Below, in pieces: positions 1 through 10,371 of a stretch of 64,000 nucleotides of DNA (its first letter is position 1; every line of letters begins with the position of its first letter). This stretch comes from a virus. Lineage: Duplodnaviria > Caudoviricetes. Location of the stretch: positions 7,800-71,799 of IMG/VR virus record IMGVR_UViG_3300020045_010460. One strand, 5' to 3'. The position numbers and the translations under genes are program-made. A model generated the notes under the pieces. It did no database searches, had not been told where the DNA came from, and was given only the letters and a program-made list of their open reading frames with translations.

Positions 1-3000
1 TCTGGGGCAGATTTAATATTAAAAAATACATTAGGGGTAACTCAAGCCACAATTGTAAATGGATGGAGTACAGAATATGTTTTAGCTGTTGATAATAAAA
101 TAGTACTTGTAGATGTAAATTACATAGTAACACCAACAGACGGAGTTTATACAGTTACATCAAGAAATATAGAAATTACAAGTAGAGAAGTTACTTGGGA
201 CTCTATTACAGTTAAAAAGAGAGTGGACTATGTAGCCACTTGTACTTTTAATCAACCTGTAGTTCAACAATGTACAGCAATACCATTTCAATACGGTAAA
301 TTTGGATATTGGGAGTCAAGAGAAACTTATCCCGATAATCAAGAAACTTTTAACTCTACCACTTTAAAAATAACTCCTTCTGATATACCCGTAGAATATA
401 GAACAGAATTTGCAAATGCCTTTACAGATGGAACAGCTATAAATTACCTTTTAAAAGACGAAGTAAATTTCAGTTGTCAGCCTATCAGACATTTTAGATT
501 CCCTGACAACAAGGTGAGTCCATTTATGTATGAAAACATACAAGCACCTTTCTTAGATGCCACTATATTTCCTTTAGGGGTTACAATAGATGAAGATTTA
601 ATAAACTCTTTTTTAGATATAGCTGTAAAAAATAATTTAATTTCGCAAGAAAAAAGAGATTTAATTAAAAGTTATGAAATTTTAAGAGGAGATATTTCTT
701 TAGAAAGAAGTGTAGTGTCTTCAGGATTACTATATGATATGCGTAAATACGTTGAAGATGGTAAAGAATGGCATTATTCAAACTACCCATATAATGACTT
801 AGGTAAAGATAAATTAAATGTAGATGCTTCAGACTCTTTAGGAACGTCAAATAGTAAATACACTTTTCATAGCCCAGAAACAGATTATAATTCAGTTACC
901 GTACCTTCGGAATTAAGTGTTCAAGGGTATTCTTTTGGAGCTTCAAAAGGACAGTTTGACCAAGTAGAAGACCACGCAAAATGGGTTATTTTAAGTAAGA
1001 GAGCTAGAACTTATGCAACCGTACTAGCTTCAGTAGAAGTAGCAACAGAGATAGCAATTGAATCAGCTCAAGCCCTTTCAAATGCACAAGTTTGGGTTGT
1101 TGGAGGATTGGGGTCTACAGGAGCAAGTTTTGGTTTACCTGCTTTTGCCGCCGCAGGTGCAATAGCCTTATTAGGAGCAATAGAAGCAGTGGTTTCCAAA
1201 GTAGGAAGATATAGATATGAATGGTTAGAAACATTTGAAAAACTAGGAAGACCTGAAAACTTTGCTTACTACTATTACAGTAAAGGACATTACAATTACC
1301 TACAACTGCTCCAAGAAGAAGGGGAGCAATTAAGAGGAATAAACAGAGGAATCAGAATTAAAAATGGAGATTTTAGCATTAATAATGAAGTAACAAAAGA
1401 AAGGGTAAACGTAAATAACACAGACAGAGAGTGGTCGACTTATTTAGATTTAGGAACTTTTGAAATCACTTACCCGACACAATATAAAACTTTTGATAAT
1501 AATAATTCTGACAACAGTACATCATCTATAACTTACTTATCTGAAAACAATGATTGCGCAACAGGTAGAAGTAAAGAAATACAAAAAAATATTGCAAGTC
1601 CTTATGTATCTTTAGTAAACTACAACCCTAACCAATATGGAACAATAAACTCTATAAAATGGCTATCAACAGGATATAGAGGAGATTTATCAAATCCTCA
1701 AAGTAGCTGTCTTTCAGTGTTTGGAGGAGATACTTTTATTGCTCCACACACATTAAAAAGAAAAATACCGTTGTTCCTAACAACTTCTTTTGGATTAGCA
1801 GATTTTACCCCATTTAATTATAAATTCTACAATAATATTGGTAGGACTCCAAAATTCTATGTAGACTATAAAGTATTAACAGAAGAAAAAAGTGGAAGTG
1901 TGATGTTTCCAAACATAGACTATGAACTAGCCTTTGATTGTGAAAATAGAGCTGGGAATTATTATAAATCTCCCTCTAAATTTTACTTATATTACTATGG
2001 AATTCCTAGATTTATGACAGAGACACGCATAAATACTTGGAATAGAACAGCCGAGCCAACTTTGGACAAAGACTTCTATCCAAACATAGGAGACATTAAT
2101 CTATGGACGCAACAAAAAAATGTAAAAATAATAACTCCAAACTACTATTTTTACAATAGTATATATTCTAAGACAATCACTCCAATGTCTTACAGAACAC
2201 TATCTGATATTTACAGTCAAAAAACTTCTAATGAAAGAAGTGACAAACCTAATGGGATAATGTGGACATTGCCTGACAATTCTGAAAACAACCTATCAGA
2301 CCCTTGGTTAACAATTAGACCTTTAGATTCCATAGAATTTCCAACCTCTTATGGCGGACTTAAAGATATTAGAACTATAGAAAACGAGCAAGTTTTAGCC
2401 CGATTTGAAAAAACTACAGCTTTACACAACACTGTAGATATGACTATTGATGATGGTAAAAGACCTGAAAGTAGGAACTTACTAACAGCCTTTGCTAGAA
2501 GACCTTTAGTATATTCAGAAACAGATTTAGGATACGGAGGAACACAATCAACTCAATCAGTTAGCTGTGAATTTGGACATTTTCACGTAGATGCACCAAG
2601 AGGACAAGTTGTTCAAATTGCATCAGGAGGTAGAGGAATGGAAGAAATATCCTCAATGATAGGAGGAAAACCAAGTGGAATGAGAAATTGGTTTAAAGAG
2701 CACTTACCATTTAAAATATTAAAATCAAATATTAAAAATAAAGAGAATATTGATACTGATAATGCCATAAATGGAGTAGGCATCACTATGGGATACGATA
2801 GCCGTTTTAGACGTGTATTTATAACCAAAAAAGACTATATTCCAAAAAATAATTGTATTGAATATGTAGAGGGTCAAGGTTTTTTTATGAACGAGACTCT
2901 TTGTAATGAAAACCCACAAATAGATGTTTGTGAAGAAGGTTACACTTATGATTTTGAAACACAAACTTGTAAAAAGGAGTACCCTTGCAGTGTATGTGAC

Positions 3001-4578
3001 GCAGGATTTACATTAAATATAGAAACAGGGCTTTGTGAAAATGCAGAATTAACTTGTGAAGAAGGAGTAGACATTGTATTTATTTTAGATGCAACAGGTT
3101 CACAGCAAACAAGCATTGACAATATCAAAACTGCAATTTCTACAGATATAGTTCCAGCTATTATAGCTAATTTTGGAACAAACTACAGATTGGGATTAGT
3201 TTCAGTAAAAGATAGAAGGCTAGTTGGACAAGCGTTATTTGACATATTAGAGCCTATGTCTTTAACTAATGAAACAAGTTTTTTAGCTCAAATTAATACA
3301 ATTGTTGCAGAAGGAGGGTTTAACTATCCAGAACCTACAGATACGGCTTTAGAGTCGGTTTTGAACAATACAGCAACTGTAGACAGGATAGGAACAGATT
3401 TAGGAGGGAATACAATCGGAACTTTTAGGGCAAATACCGCAAAAGCAATAGTTTTAGTTACAGATAATCCACCATCAGGACTGGATGATTTATATACAAC
3501 TTCAGATTGGATAAATTCTGATTTATTAGCTTCACAAGCAAATTCACAAGGGATTCAAATATTCTCCTATCTCACAACAGAAGTAGAACAAACGATTATG
3601 CTTCCACCATTACCTAATGTAACTTATATAATGCAGAATTATGCTACCGTTACAGGGGGTAATTACTATTTCGCTCCTCTTGGCGTAGGAGTTAGTGAAG
3701 GAGTGGTTGATGCAATTATAAATGGAATAGATTGTGTACCAATACAACAAGACCCAAACTGTACAGAAGAAGAAAGAGTGGAAGGATTATGTATTTGTAT
3801 AGACGAAAAAGAGCCTATTCAAGTAGATGATTTGCTACCAATAGAAGTTACAGACCCGCTATACTTCGATGATTTGAGCTGGACAATTGCATACTCCCCT
3901 ATAGAACAGAAATGGATTGGGTGGTATTCATATACACCAAATTATTACGTAAACTACCAAAATTATTTCCAAACAGGAAAAAATGATAGCAGCGAAGAAT
4001 TCGGACTGTGGAGTCATTTATTAACCAATCGTTCTTATCAAGTTTTTTATGGAGTTAAATATCCTTTTCTTATGGAATTTTCGCCAAAAAGAGAATATGG
4101 AAATACTGTTTTAAAGAACATAAAATGGCAAATGGACGTAAGAAGATACCACAATGAATATGATTGGTCAGAAATAGAAAATAAGCCTTTAAACAAGCTA
4201 AATATATGGTCTAAGTTTGCCAATTCAGGAAATCTTCGTCTTGTAAATAATACAGGGCAAATATCATTAGTGTCACAATACCCAAAAACGGCAATAGATG
4301 GAAGTTATCAAGAAGTCTTAGTATCTAGAAACCACAATGATTATTCTGTAAATTACTTCTATAATAGATTGATTAAAAATAACACTAATAATCCACAATG
4401 GTTTTGGGATAAAAATCAGATTTTAAAAACAGTGAATACAGATGTTGTAAAATTCGGAGGTAAAACAGTTTTAGAAACAATGAAAGCTAACTTGTTTAAC
4501 ATTCAATTACAGCAAGACGAAACATCATTATTGAGATATACCATAGATTTAGTAGCATCAAATCAAAACATCGAATAA
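1..4578 (+). CDS. Large tail stabilisation/muzzle-like virion protein (5'-truncated by the window), with an internal vWA domain flanked by Cys-rich segments
   Basis: Frame 1 is open from base 1, so the gene starts upstream of the listed 223 start. vWA MIDAS-like motif DIVFILDATGS near 3070-3102. C-terminal segments (GITMGYDSRFRRVFITKKDY, SWTIAYSP..KWIGWYSYTPNYY) resemble crAss-like tail stabilisation proteins (recognised, not searched). Confidence 0.6.
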   Translation, partial: SGADLILKNTLGVTQATIVNGWSTEYVLAVDNKIVLVDVNYIVTPTDGVYTVTSRNIEITSREVTWDSITVKKRVDYVATCTFNQPVVQQCTAIPFQYGKFGYWESRETYPDNQETFNSTTLKITPSDIPVEYRTEFANAFTDGTAINYLLKDEVNFSCQPIRHFRFPDNKVSPFMYENIQAPFLDATIFPLGVTIDEDLINSFLDIAVKNNLISQEKRDLIKSYEILRGDISLERSVVSSGLLYDMRKYVEDGKEWHYSNYPYNDLGKDKLNVDASDSLGTSNSKYTFHSPETDYNSVTVPSELSVQGYSFGASKGQFDQVEDHAKWVILSKRARTYATVLASVEVATEIAIESAQALSNAQVWVVGGLGSTGASFGLPAFAAAGAIALLGAIEAVVSKVGRYRYEWLETFEKLGRPENFAYYYYSKGHYNYLQLLQEEGEQLRGINRGIRIKNGDFSINNEVTKERVNVNNTDREWSTYLDLGTFEITYPTQYKTFDNNNSDNSTSSITYLSENNDCATGRSKEIQKNIASPYVSLVNYNPNQYGTINSIKWLSTGYRGDLSNPQSSCLSVFGGDTFIAPHTLKRKIPLFLTTSFGLADFTPFNYKFYNNIGRTPKFYVDYKVLTEEKSGSVMFPNIDYELAFDCENRAGNYYKSPSKFYLYYYGIPRFMTETRINTWNRTAEPTLDKDFYPNIGDINLWTQQKNVKIITPNYYFYNSIYSKTITPMSYRTLSDIYSQKTSNERSDKPNGIMWTLPDNSENNLSDPWLTIRPLDSIEFPTSYGGLKDIRTIENEQVLARFEKTTALHNTVDMTIDDGKRPESRNLLTAFARRPLVYSETDLGYGGTQSTQSVSCEFGHFHVDAPRGQVVQIASGGRGMEEISSMIGGKPSGMRNWFKEHLPFKILKSNIKNKENIDTDNAINGVGITMGYDSRFRRVFITKKDYIPKNNCIEYVEGQGFFMNETLCNENPQIDVCEEGYTYDFETQTCKKEYPCSVCDAGFTLNIETGLCENAELTCEEGVDIVFILDATGSQQTSIDNIKTAISTDIVPAIIANFGTNYRLGLVSVKDRRLVGQALFDILEPMSLTNETSFLAQINTIVAEGGFNYPEPTDTALESVLNNTATVDRIGTDLGGNTIGTFRANTAKAIVLVTDNPPSGLDDLYTTSDWINSDLLASQANSQGIQIFSYLTTEVEQTIMLPPLPNVTYIMQNYATVTGGNYYFAPLGVGVSEGVVDAIINGIDCVPIQQDPNCTEEERVEGLCICIDEKEPIQVDDLLPIEVTDPLYFDDLSWTIAYSPIEQKWIGWYSYTPNYYVNYQNYFQTGKNDSSEEFGLWSHLLTNRSYQVFYGVKYPFLMEFSPKREYGNTVLKNIKWQMDVRRYHNEYDWSEIENKPLNKLNIWSKFANSGNLRLVNNTGQISLVSQYPKTAIDGSYQEVLVSRNHNDYSVNYFYNRLIKNNTNNPQWFWDKNQILKTVNTDVVKFGGKTVLETMKANLFNIQLQQDETSLLRYTIDLVASNQNIE

Positions 4579-4579
4579 A

Positions 4580-5593
4580 ATGCCAACAGTAAAACAATAT
4601 CAAAAAGGAGTGCAAAAAATAGACCCTTTAACTCAAAATAAAGAGCTTTTAAATAATCCTAGTGTGCAAGCTATGCTTAAAACCATACGTTATGCAGAAG
4701 GAACATCGGGAGATAGAGGATATAATACAAGAGTTGGATATAGTCAGTTTGACGATTTAAGTAAAAAACCAGGAAAAAAAGTATATATTCCTGCTATAAA
4801 AGACTACTCTTCGGCAGAGGGGGCATATCAGTTTTTAAATTCAACTTGGGATGGAGTTTCAAAGAAATTAGGATTAAAAGACTTTTATCCTGAATCTCAG
4901 GATTTAGCCGCAATAGAGCTTATAAAAAACAGAGGAGCACTAACAGATGTTTTAAACAATAACTTAATAGGAGCTTTATCTAAGCTATCTAAAGAGTGGG
5001 CATCATTACCAACGGCAGAAGGTAAAAGTGCATACGGTAATCAGAAAAGTAAGAAAGTAGAAAGTTTGGCTAATGTTTTTTACGGGCAAAATTCAAACTA
5101 TGAAAATTCAGTTGCCCCATATATGAATGCCCCACAAGTACAAGCAATACCATTACCAACAATGCAAGTACCTGAAATACAAACACAGCAAGTAAGTTAT
5201 TTGGAAACTCAGCAAGAAACACCTAATTTAGCCGAAGAAACGAAACCGTCAAAAATAAATCCTCAAGAAGAAGCTTTTATGCAAGACTTATTAAGTCAAA
5301 TGGCTCAGGGAGTAGCTTATGTAGAACCAGAAAAACCCACAATGTTTCAAGATGGTGGAGCTATACCAATAAGTTCAAATGGAATGTATGAGTATCCTAA
5401 TCAACCCGTGATTATACCTTCTTCAAGAATTACAATGAAGGATATTTCTCATCCTATCTTAGCCATAACTGACCAAGGAGATAAGCAAATACTTCAACCA
5501 GAAAAAGAATACCAATTAAAAGGTAATAATACCTTAGAAATACCACTAACAAAAGCAGAAGAAAACTTTCTAAAAGATATATACAAAGCATAA
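4580..5593 (+). CDS. Lambda-R-like muramidase/lytic transglycosylase with low-complexity linker and C-terminal module; probably virion-associated
   Basis: AMLKTIRYAEGT, SSAEGAYQFLNSTW, QDLAAIELI, EWASLP and YGNQ match the lambda R-type lysozyme pattern. C-terminal module starts at MFQDGG. Confidence 0.85.
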   Translation: MPTVKQYQKGVQKIDPLTQNKELLNNPSVQAMLKTIRYAEGTSGDRGYNTRVGYSQFDDLSKKPGKKVYIPAIKDYSSAEGAYQFLNSTWDGVSKKLGLKDFYPESQDLAAIELIKNRGALTDVLNNNLIGALSKLSKEWASLPTAEGKSAYGNQKSKKVESLANVFYGQNSNYENSVAPYMNAPQVQAIPLPTMQVPEIQTQQVSYLETQQETPNLAEETKPSKINPQEEAFMQDLLSQMAQGVAYVEPEKPTMFQDGGAIPISSNGMYEYPNQPVIIPSSRITMKDISHPILAITDQGDKQILQPEKEYQLKGNNTLEIPLTKAEENFLKDIYKA

Positions 5594-5616
5594 TATGAAA
5601 CGAGTTAAAAGTAATA

Positions 5617-6132
5617 ATGAGTAAAGCTAAAAAAGGAGAAGACATAAAATGTATTGCCTGTGGAAAAGTTTTCTATGTTCCTAGATATAGAGTAGAAAAT
5701 GCAAAGTTTTGTAGTAGAGAGTGTCAAAACCATACTCAATATAAGTCACAAGTAAAATGCTGTCAAAATTGCAAAGTAGAGTTTACCGTATCAGAAAGCA
5801 GACAAGATAGAAAATTTTGCAGCCCAGAGTGTTACCAATTCACAACAACAACTGAAAAAGACAGAAGAAGACACAGTAAATCCCTTAATATTTTAAAGAG
5901 GGGTCGAAATTCTACAAGAACATTAAAGAAGCATATTAGCAGAGTAAGGAAATTGTTTTGTGACAATTGTGGATATGATAAAGCAGGGTATAATCTAGAA
6001 ATACATCATATAGATAAAAATCCTGAAAATAATGAATTAGAAAATTTAGCAGTACTTTGTTGTATGTGCCATAGAGATTTACATTACGGAAAACTTAGAT
6101 TTAAAGATAATATATATTATGAAGAGGATTAA
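5617..6132 (+). CDS. HNH endonuclease with repeated CxxC...FCSxxC zinc-binding units (free-standing homing endonuclease)
   Basis: CDNCG...LEIHHIDKNPENNELENLAVLCCMCHRDLH, plus two N-terminal CxxC/FCSxEC repeats. Confidence 0.85.
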   Translation: MSKAKKGEDIKCIACGKVFYVPRYRVENAKFCSRECQNHTQYKSQVKCCQNCKVEFTVSESRQDRKFCSPECYQFTTTTEKDRRRHSKSLNILKRGRNSTRTLKKHISRVRKLFCDNCGYDKAGYNLEIHHIDKNPENNELENLAVLCCMCHRDLHYGKLRFKDNIYYEED

Positions 6133-9100
6133 AAAACAAACAAAGCAAGAATGGGTAAATGAAAAAACAGCCTATCTTATACAAAAAGAAAATTACGAGC
6201 CTAAACAAGCTTATGCTGTGGCTTTTTCATTATTCGAGCAAAAACATCAAAACGGAGGTTTCCAAGCAAATTATCAAGTACCTGCACAAGCAGTTATGCC
6301 ATCTTTACCACCATTTCAACCTGTACAGCAACAAGGACAGCAGTTTCAAAACTATGCTCAAACTCTAGCTCAAAATAACCCCATAGAAATGCAAGGTTAC
6401 GGTCAATACAATTTAGACCCTAATTTCAAACCATCAAACGTATTAGCACCTCAACCACAAAACCCTCTAGCAGCAGAAACAGGTTCAGGATATCTAACAG
6501 ATGACCAAGGAAATCCTATGTCTAATGAAAAGTTTCAATTCTTCAACCCTTATTTAGGAAGAGACCCACAAACTTCAGCATATGGACTAGGAGAAAGCAT
6601 TCAAAACAAAGATGCTTTAGGAATAGTTGGAAATAGCCTACACTTACTATCAAACTTAGGTAGAAATGCTTTTGCAGGAGCAGGGAATGCTAAAAGAGAG
6701 CAATATGTAATGCAAGATGCTATGGAAAAATACAGAGAAGGTTTAAAACCAGCCCCACAATCTATGCAAGATGGAGGTTATATAAAATCAGGAAATACAA
6801 ATATCAATCCTAATGATGTATCAAATATAAATAGAGGAACAGGAACAAACTTTACTCCAGAATTTGCACAATCTTATTTTTCAACTCAAACAGCTCCTCC
6901 GCAAGCACCACAAAGACCTATAAAATACATTCAACAAGTATCAACAGAAGGTTATAGAGATAATAATAAACTTGCCCCAGGAACATATCAAAAAGTATAT
7001 TATACAGACCCTAGAAACGCTAAAATAGAAAACCAGGATTATGAATACTTAACAGATTCAGGATATGATGAATTAAAAAGGATGAATAACTACAGAATTT
7101 ATATGGAGGGCTTGAATAAGCCTAAAAATACTATGGTGGCAGAATATCAAGAGGGAGGAATGGCAGGACAAATGCCTCCACAAGAAGAGCAACAAGGAGG
7201 TCAAGAACAACAACTAATGCAACAAGTGGCAGAAGCAATCTCTAGTGGAGTAGACCCAAATCAAATATTACAACAACTTGTGGAAATGGGTATCCCAGAA
7301 GACCAAGCCATACAATTAATTGAAGGTATTATGCAACAATTACAAGGAGGAGCTCCACAAGAACAACAAGCACCTCCTGAAGAGTTTGAAATGGGTGGAA
7401 TTAAAAAAAAAAGTTTACCCAAACTTCTAACAGGAGAATATACGGCAGAAAAGGATGATGTAGAAGATGAAGATGTAGTTGCCGAAGTCGAGAAAAATGA
7501 ATGGATTCAAAGACCTGATGGAGAAATCACACAAGTTTTAGGAAAAACACACGCTGATGGAGGTGTAGAACTAACTGAAGAACAGCTTCCAGAAAATTCA
7601 AAAATTTTATCAGACCACCTCAAAGTAAATAAAGACCTTGCCAAAAGTCTAAAAGACTTAGGAGTTTCAACTAAAGATACATATGCTAAAGCTTTAGATA
7701 AATGGACAGTTAAATCAGGACTTAAAAAAATAGTTGACGAGCAAGAAGAGCTAATTAAGAAGTTAGAAGTACAAGCTAAACTATTAGTAGACAGACCAAG
7801 TTCAAAAGATACAGTAAAACTAAATACCACTTTACTACAAGAGGAAATTGCAGAACTAGAAAAGAAAAAAGAGCCTCTTGATAAAGAAAAAGCCGATATG
7901 TTTGAGCAACTATTTGCAGCACAAGAAGCAGGTAAACCACAGGAACAAAATCAAGGAATGATGCAACAAGGGGGAACTTTTAATAATGATATCATAGTAA
8001 AGTACGCTAAAAAACACGGCATTTCTCCTGAAAGAGCTAATGAACTTGTTAATGAGTATAAATGTGGAGGAAAAGTGGAGTACCAAGATGGAGACACTGT
8101 AAGATATGATGATTTTTATAAACAAGCTATAAGATTAGGGTATACAGGTAAAAACAATCAAGGTGATATTCAGAGGTTTATGAATAAAAATAACCCACAA
8201 GATGTCTTAGACTATTTCGACCCTGAAAAAGGTAATCAAGCATTAACTGCAAAACACGTAGATTTACTTAAAAAGAATGCTCCTTGGGCTTTTAAAAACT
8301 CAGGAATTTCTCCAAGTAAAGCATCTGCTGATTATACCAGCGAAGAAAAAAGTAAATTAAGAGAGTCTTATGCTCAAGGAGATGGACAAAATGGAATGCT
8401 TAATGAAGATTATAACAATTTTATATTAAAAGGTTTTGCAGACAATAAGTGGGATTGGAGAGCACCTGTAGTAGGACTTGCACCACTAACACCAGCAGGT
8501 ATGGTAAATGCTCCAATACAAGCACCAACAGTAGTAAATCCCTTCTTACAGCAAATACAAGCCAATACACCACAACAAGCACAACCTTCCGCACAAAAAG
8601 AAGACAAATTCTCTAATTTAGACAGCGCACAAAGAGCAAGAACAGGATTAATGGCACTCCCTAATCAATATGCACAAACACCAGATGCGCTGCAAGGAGC
8701 TTTGAAGTTAGAGTATAGACCTAACTTGATGGAGAATCAAAATATTACAGCAGACCCAATGGTGGCAGAAATAAGAAGGTCAGAACAAAATGCGATACAA
8801 AGTATTCAAAACCTGCCTGATGAGCAAAGAACAGCCGCAATAGCACAAATACAAGCCAATACTCAAGACCAATTGAGTAAAGTAATGGGTCAAGTGCAAG
8901 CACAAAATCTACAGTCTAATGCAGCTACAGCCAATCAAAACGCTCAAATATTAAATCAAGCGCAGGATATAAATAACAGATATTTATCAGATTACGAAAA
9001 TAAAATCTACAAAGCTCAAGCCATAACAGATGCTGATAGAAGAAACTATTTCTTACATAACCAAAAAGTAGATTTAGAAAACTTCAATGCTGTAAATAAA

Positions 9101-9313
9101 GCTAACTTATACAATCAACTTGCTGACAATTATCAACTTACAGATAGGGGATTAGAACTTTACAACAGTCCAACTTTAACTTATGATGGACTTAGTGGAG
9201 ACCAATATAAACAAAACTTAGAAAAAGCATATGCTAAAATGAAGGCAGATGAGAAAAAAGCTAATAAAAAAGCAGTAGCTAAGAATGGTGGGCGTTTCAA
9301 AAAAGGTAATTAA
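6119..9313 (+). CDS. Large Gln-rich putative internal virion (cargo) protein with repeated xxxGG motifs
   Basis: 1064 aa in the structural cluster. Motifs HQNGG, MQDGG, YQEGG, FEMGG, MQQGG, YKCGG, AKNGG, and an AEVE...THADGGV segment. Confidence 0.6.
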   Translation: MKRIKKQTKQEWVNEKTAYLIQKENYEPKQAYAVAFSLFEQKHQNGGFQANYQVPAQAVMPSLPPFQPVQQQGQQFQNYAQTLAQNNPIEMQGYGQYNLDPNFKPSNVLAPQPQNPLAAETGSGYLTDDQGNPMSNEKFQFFNPYLGRDPQTSAYGLGESIQNKDALGIVGNSLHLLSNLGRNAFAGAGNAKREQYVMQDAMEKYREGLKPAPQSMQDGGYIKSGNTNINPNDVSNINRGTGTNFTPEFAQSYFSTQTAPPQAPQRPIKYIQQVSTEGYRDNNKLAPGTYQKVYYTDPRNAKIENQDYEYLTDSGYDELKRMNNYRIYMEGLNKPKNTMVAEYQEGGMAGQMPPQEEQQGGQEQQLMQQVAEAISSGVDPNQILQQLVEMGIPEDQAIQLIEGIMQQLQGGAPQEQQAPPEEFEMGGIKKKSLPKLLTGEYTAEKDDVEDEDVVAEVEKNEWIQRPDGEITQVLGKTHADGGVELTEEQLPENSKILSDHLKVNKDLAKSLKDLGVSTKDTYAKALDKWTVKSGLKKIVDEQEELIKKLEVQAKLLVDRPSSKDTVKLNTTLLQEEIAELEKKKEPLDKEKADMFEQLFAAQEAGKPQEQNQGMMQQGGTFNNDIIVKYAKKHGISPERANELVNEYKCGGKVEYQDGDTVRYDDFYKQAIRLGYTGKNNQGDIQRFMNKNNPQDVLDYFDPEKGNQALTAKHVDLLKKNAPWAFKNSGISPSKASADYTSEEKSKLRESYAQGDGQNGMLNEDYNNFILKGFADNKWDWRAPVVGLAPLTPAGMVNAPIQAPTVVNPFLQQIQANTPQQAQPSAQKEDKFSNLDSAQRARTGLMALPNQYAQTPDALQGALKLEYRPNLMENQNITADPMVAEIRRSEQNAIQSIQNLPDEQRTAAIAQIQANTQDQLSKVMGQVQAQNLQSNAATANQNAQILNQAQDINNRYLSDYENKIYKAQAITDADRRNYFLHNQKVDLENFNAVNKANLYNQLADNYQLTDRGLELYNSPTLTYDGLSGDQYKQNLEKAYAKMKADEKKANKKAVAKNGGRFKKGN

Positions 9314-9344
9314 TAATTAATTTGGATATCTAACATAAAAAAAG

Positions 9345-9379
9345 TAAATTTGCTCTCTAGTTCTTTAGGGAGCTTTTTT
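9345..9379 (+). promoter_or_regulatory. TAAATTTG -7 box overlapping a GCTCTCTAG/TAGGGAGC hairpin with T-tract, upstream of the GIY-YIG gene
   Basis: Box at 9345-9352; stem-loop at 9352-9373 followed by T6. Confidence 0.5.
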
Positions 9380-9402
9380 ACATTTAAAACAATACTTTAA
9401 GA

Positions 9403-10371
9403 ATGATTGAAAATACAGGTAAATACTACTTATACAGACACATAAGATTAGACAAAAATGAACCATTTTATATCGGCATAGGTACAAAACCTAATAAAAG
9501 ATACGGGGTAATTAGTACAGAATATAGGAGAGCATTTGAAAAAGACAGAAGTAACCTATGGAAAAAAATATACAATAAAACAGAAGAAAAATATGAAGTT
9601 GAAATACTTTTAGAATCTGATGATTATGAATTTATAAAGCAGAAAGAGATTGAATTTATAGCCCTTTATGGAAGAATAAATAATAAAACAGGAATTTTAG
9701 CAAACCTTACAGATGGTGGTGAAGGAGTATTAGGGTATATAATGTCAGAAGAATCTAAAAAAAAGATGGGTAAAGCTAAAAGTGGAGAAAATTGCCATTG
9801 GTTTGGAAAAGCAAAAACACAGGAAGAAAGAGATGCAATAAGTGCAAGAAATAGTGGAGAAAATCACCCTATGTTTGGTACAAAACATACACAAGCTCAT
9901 AGAGATAAAATATCAAAGTCTAATATGGGTAAAAAACATACACCACAAGCTTTGGAGAATATGAGGGAGGCACAAAAAAATGCTCCAAAAGGTGCAAATA
10001 GTTTTTTTGCAAAAAAAGTAATAAATACACAGACATTGGAGGTTTACTCTTGGGCTGAGGAAGTTTGTGATATTACAGGATTAAGATTAGATACTATTAG
10101 AGAATATATGTGTTTAACTTCTAAAACTAAAAATCCAACTTTTTATATGTATTTAGAAGATTATGAAAAGTACGGAGCACAAGAACCTTGGGTAACAAAA
10201 TTAACAAGGAAAGAAGTTATAGATACAAAAACATTAGAAGTTTATTCAAGTCTAAAAGAAACTTCCGAGAAATTAAAAATTAATTATAGTTATTTAGGGA
10301 GAATGTTAAAGGGAAAGAGAATAAATACAACTAGTCTAATGTATAAAAAAGAATACGATGGCAAATTATAA
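9403..10371 (+). CDS. GIY-YIG-like homing endonuclease with NUMOD3-like repeats and C-terminal NUMOD1-like units
   Basis: YYLYRHIRLDKNEPFYIGIG, conserved E...E and LANLTDGGEG; repeated HxxxGKxxTxE units; KKVINTQTLEVY and KEVIDTKTLEVY. Confidence 0.8.
   Translation: MIENTGKYYLYRHIRLDKNEPFYIGIGTKPNKRYGVISTEYRRAFEKDRSNLWKKIYNKTEEKYEVEILLESDDYEFIKQKEIEFIALYGRINNKTGILANLTDGGEGVLGYIMSEESKKKMGKAKSGENCHWFGKAKTQEERDAISARNSGENHPMFGTKHTQAHRDKISKSNMGKKHTPQALENMREAQKNAPKGANSFFAKKVINTQTLEVYSWAEEVCDITGLRLDTIREYMCLTSKTKNPTFYMYLEDYEKYGAQEPWVTKLTRKEVIDTKTLEVYSSLKETSEKLKINYSYLGRMLKGKRINTTSLMYKKEYDGKL

Noticed and set aside
5594-10371. Group I introns housing the HNH (5617) or GIY-YIG (9403) genes
   Set aside because: The flanking ORFs have their own starts and stops, intergenic space is minimal, and no P7-type core was seen.
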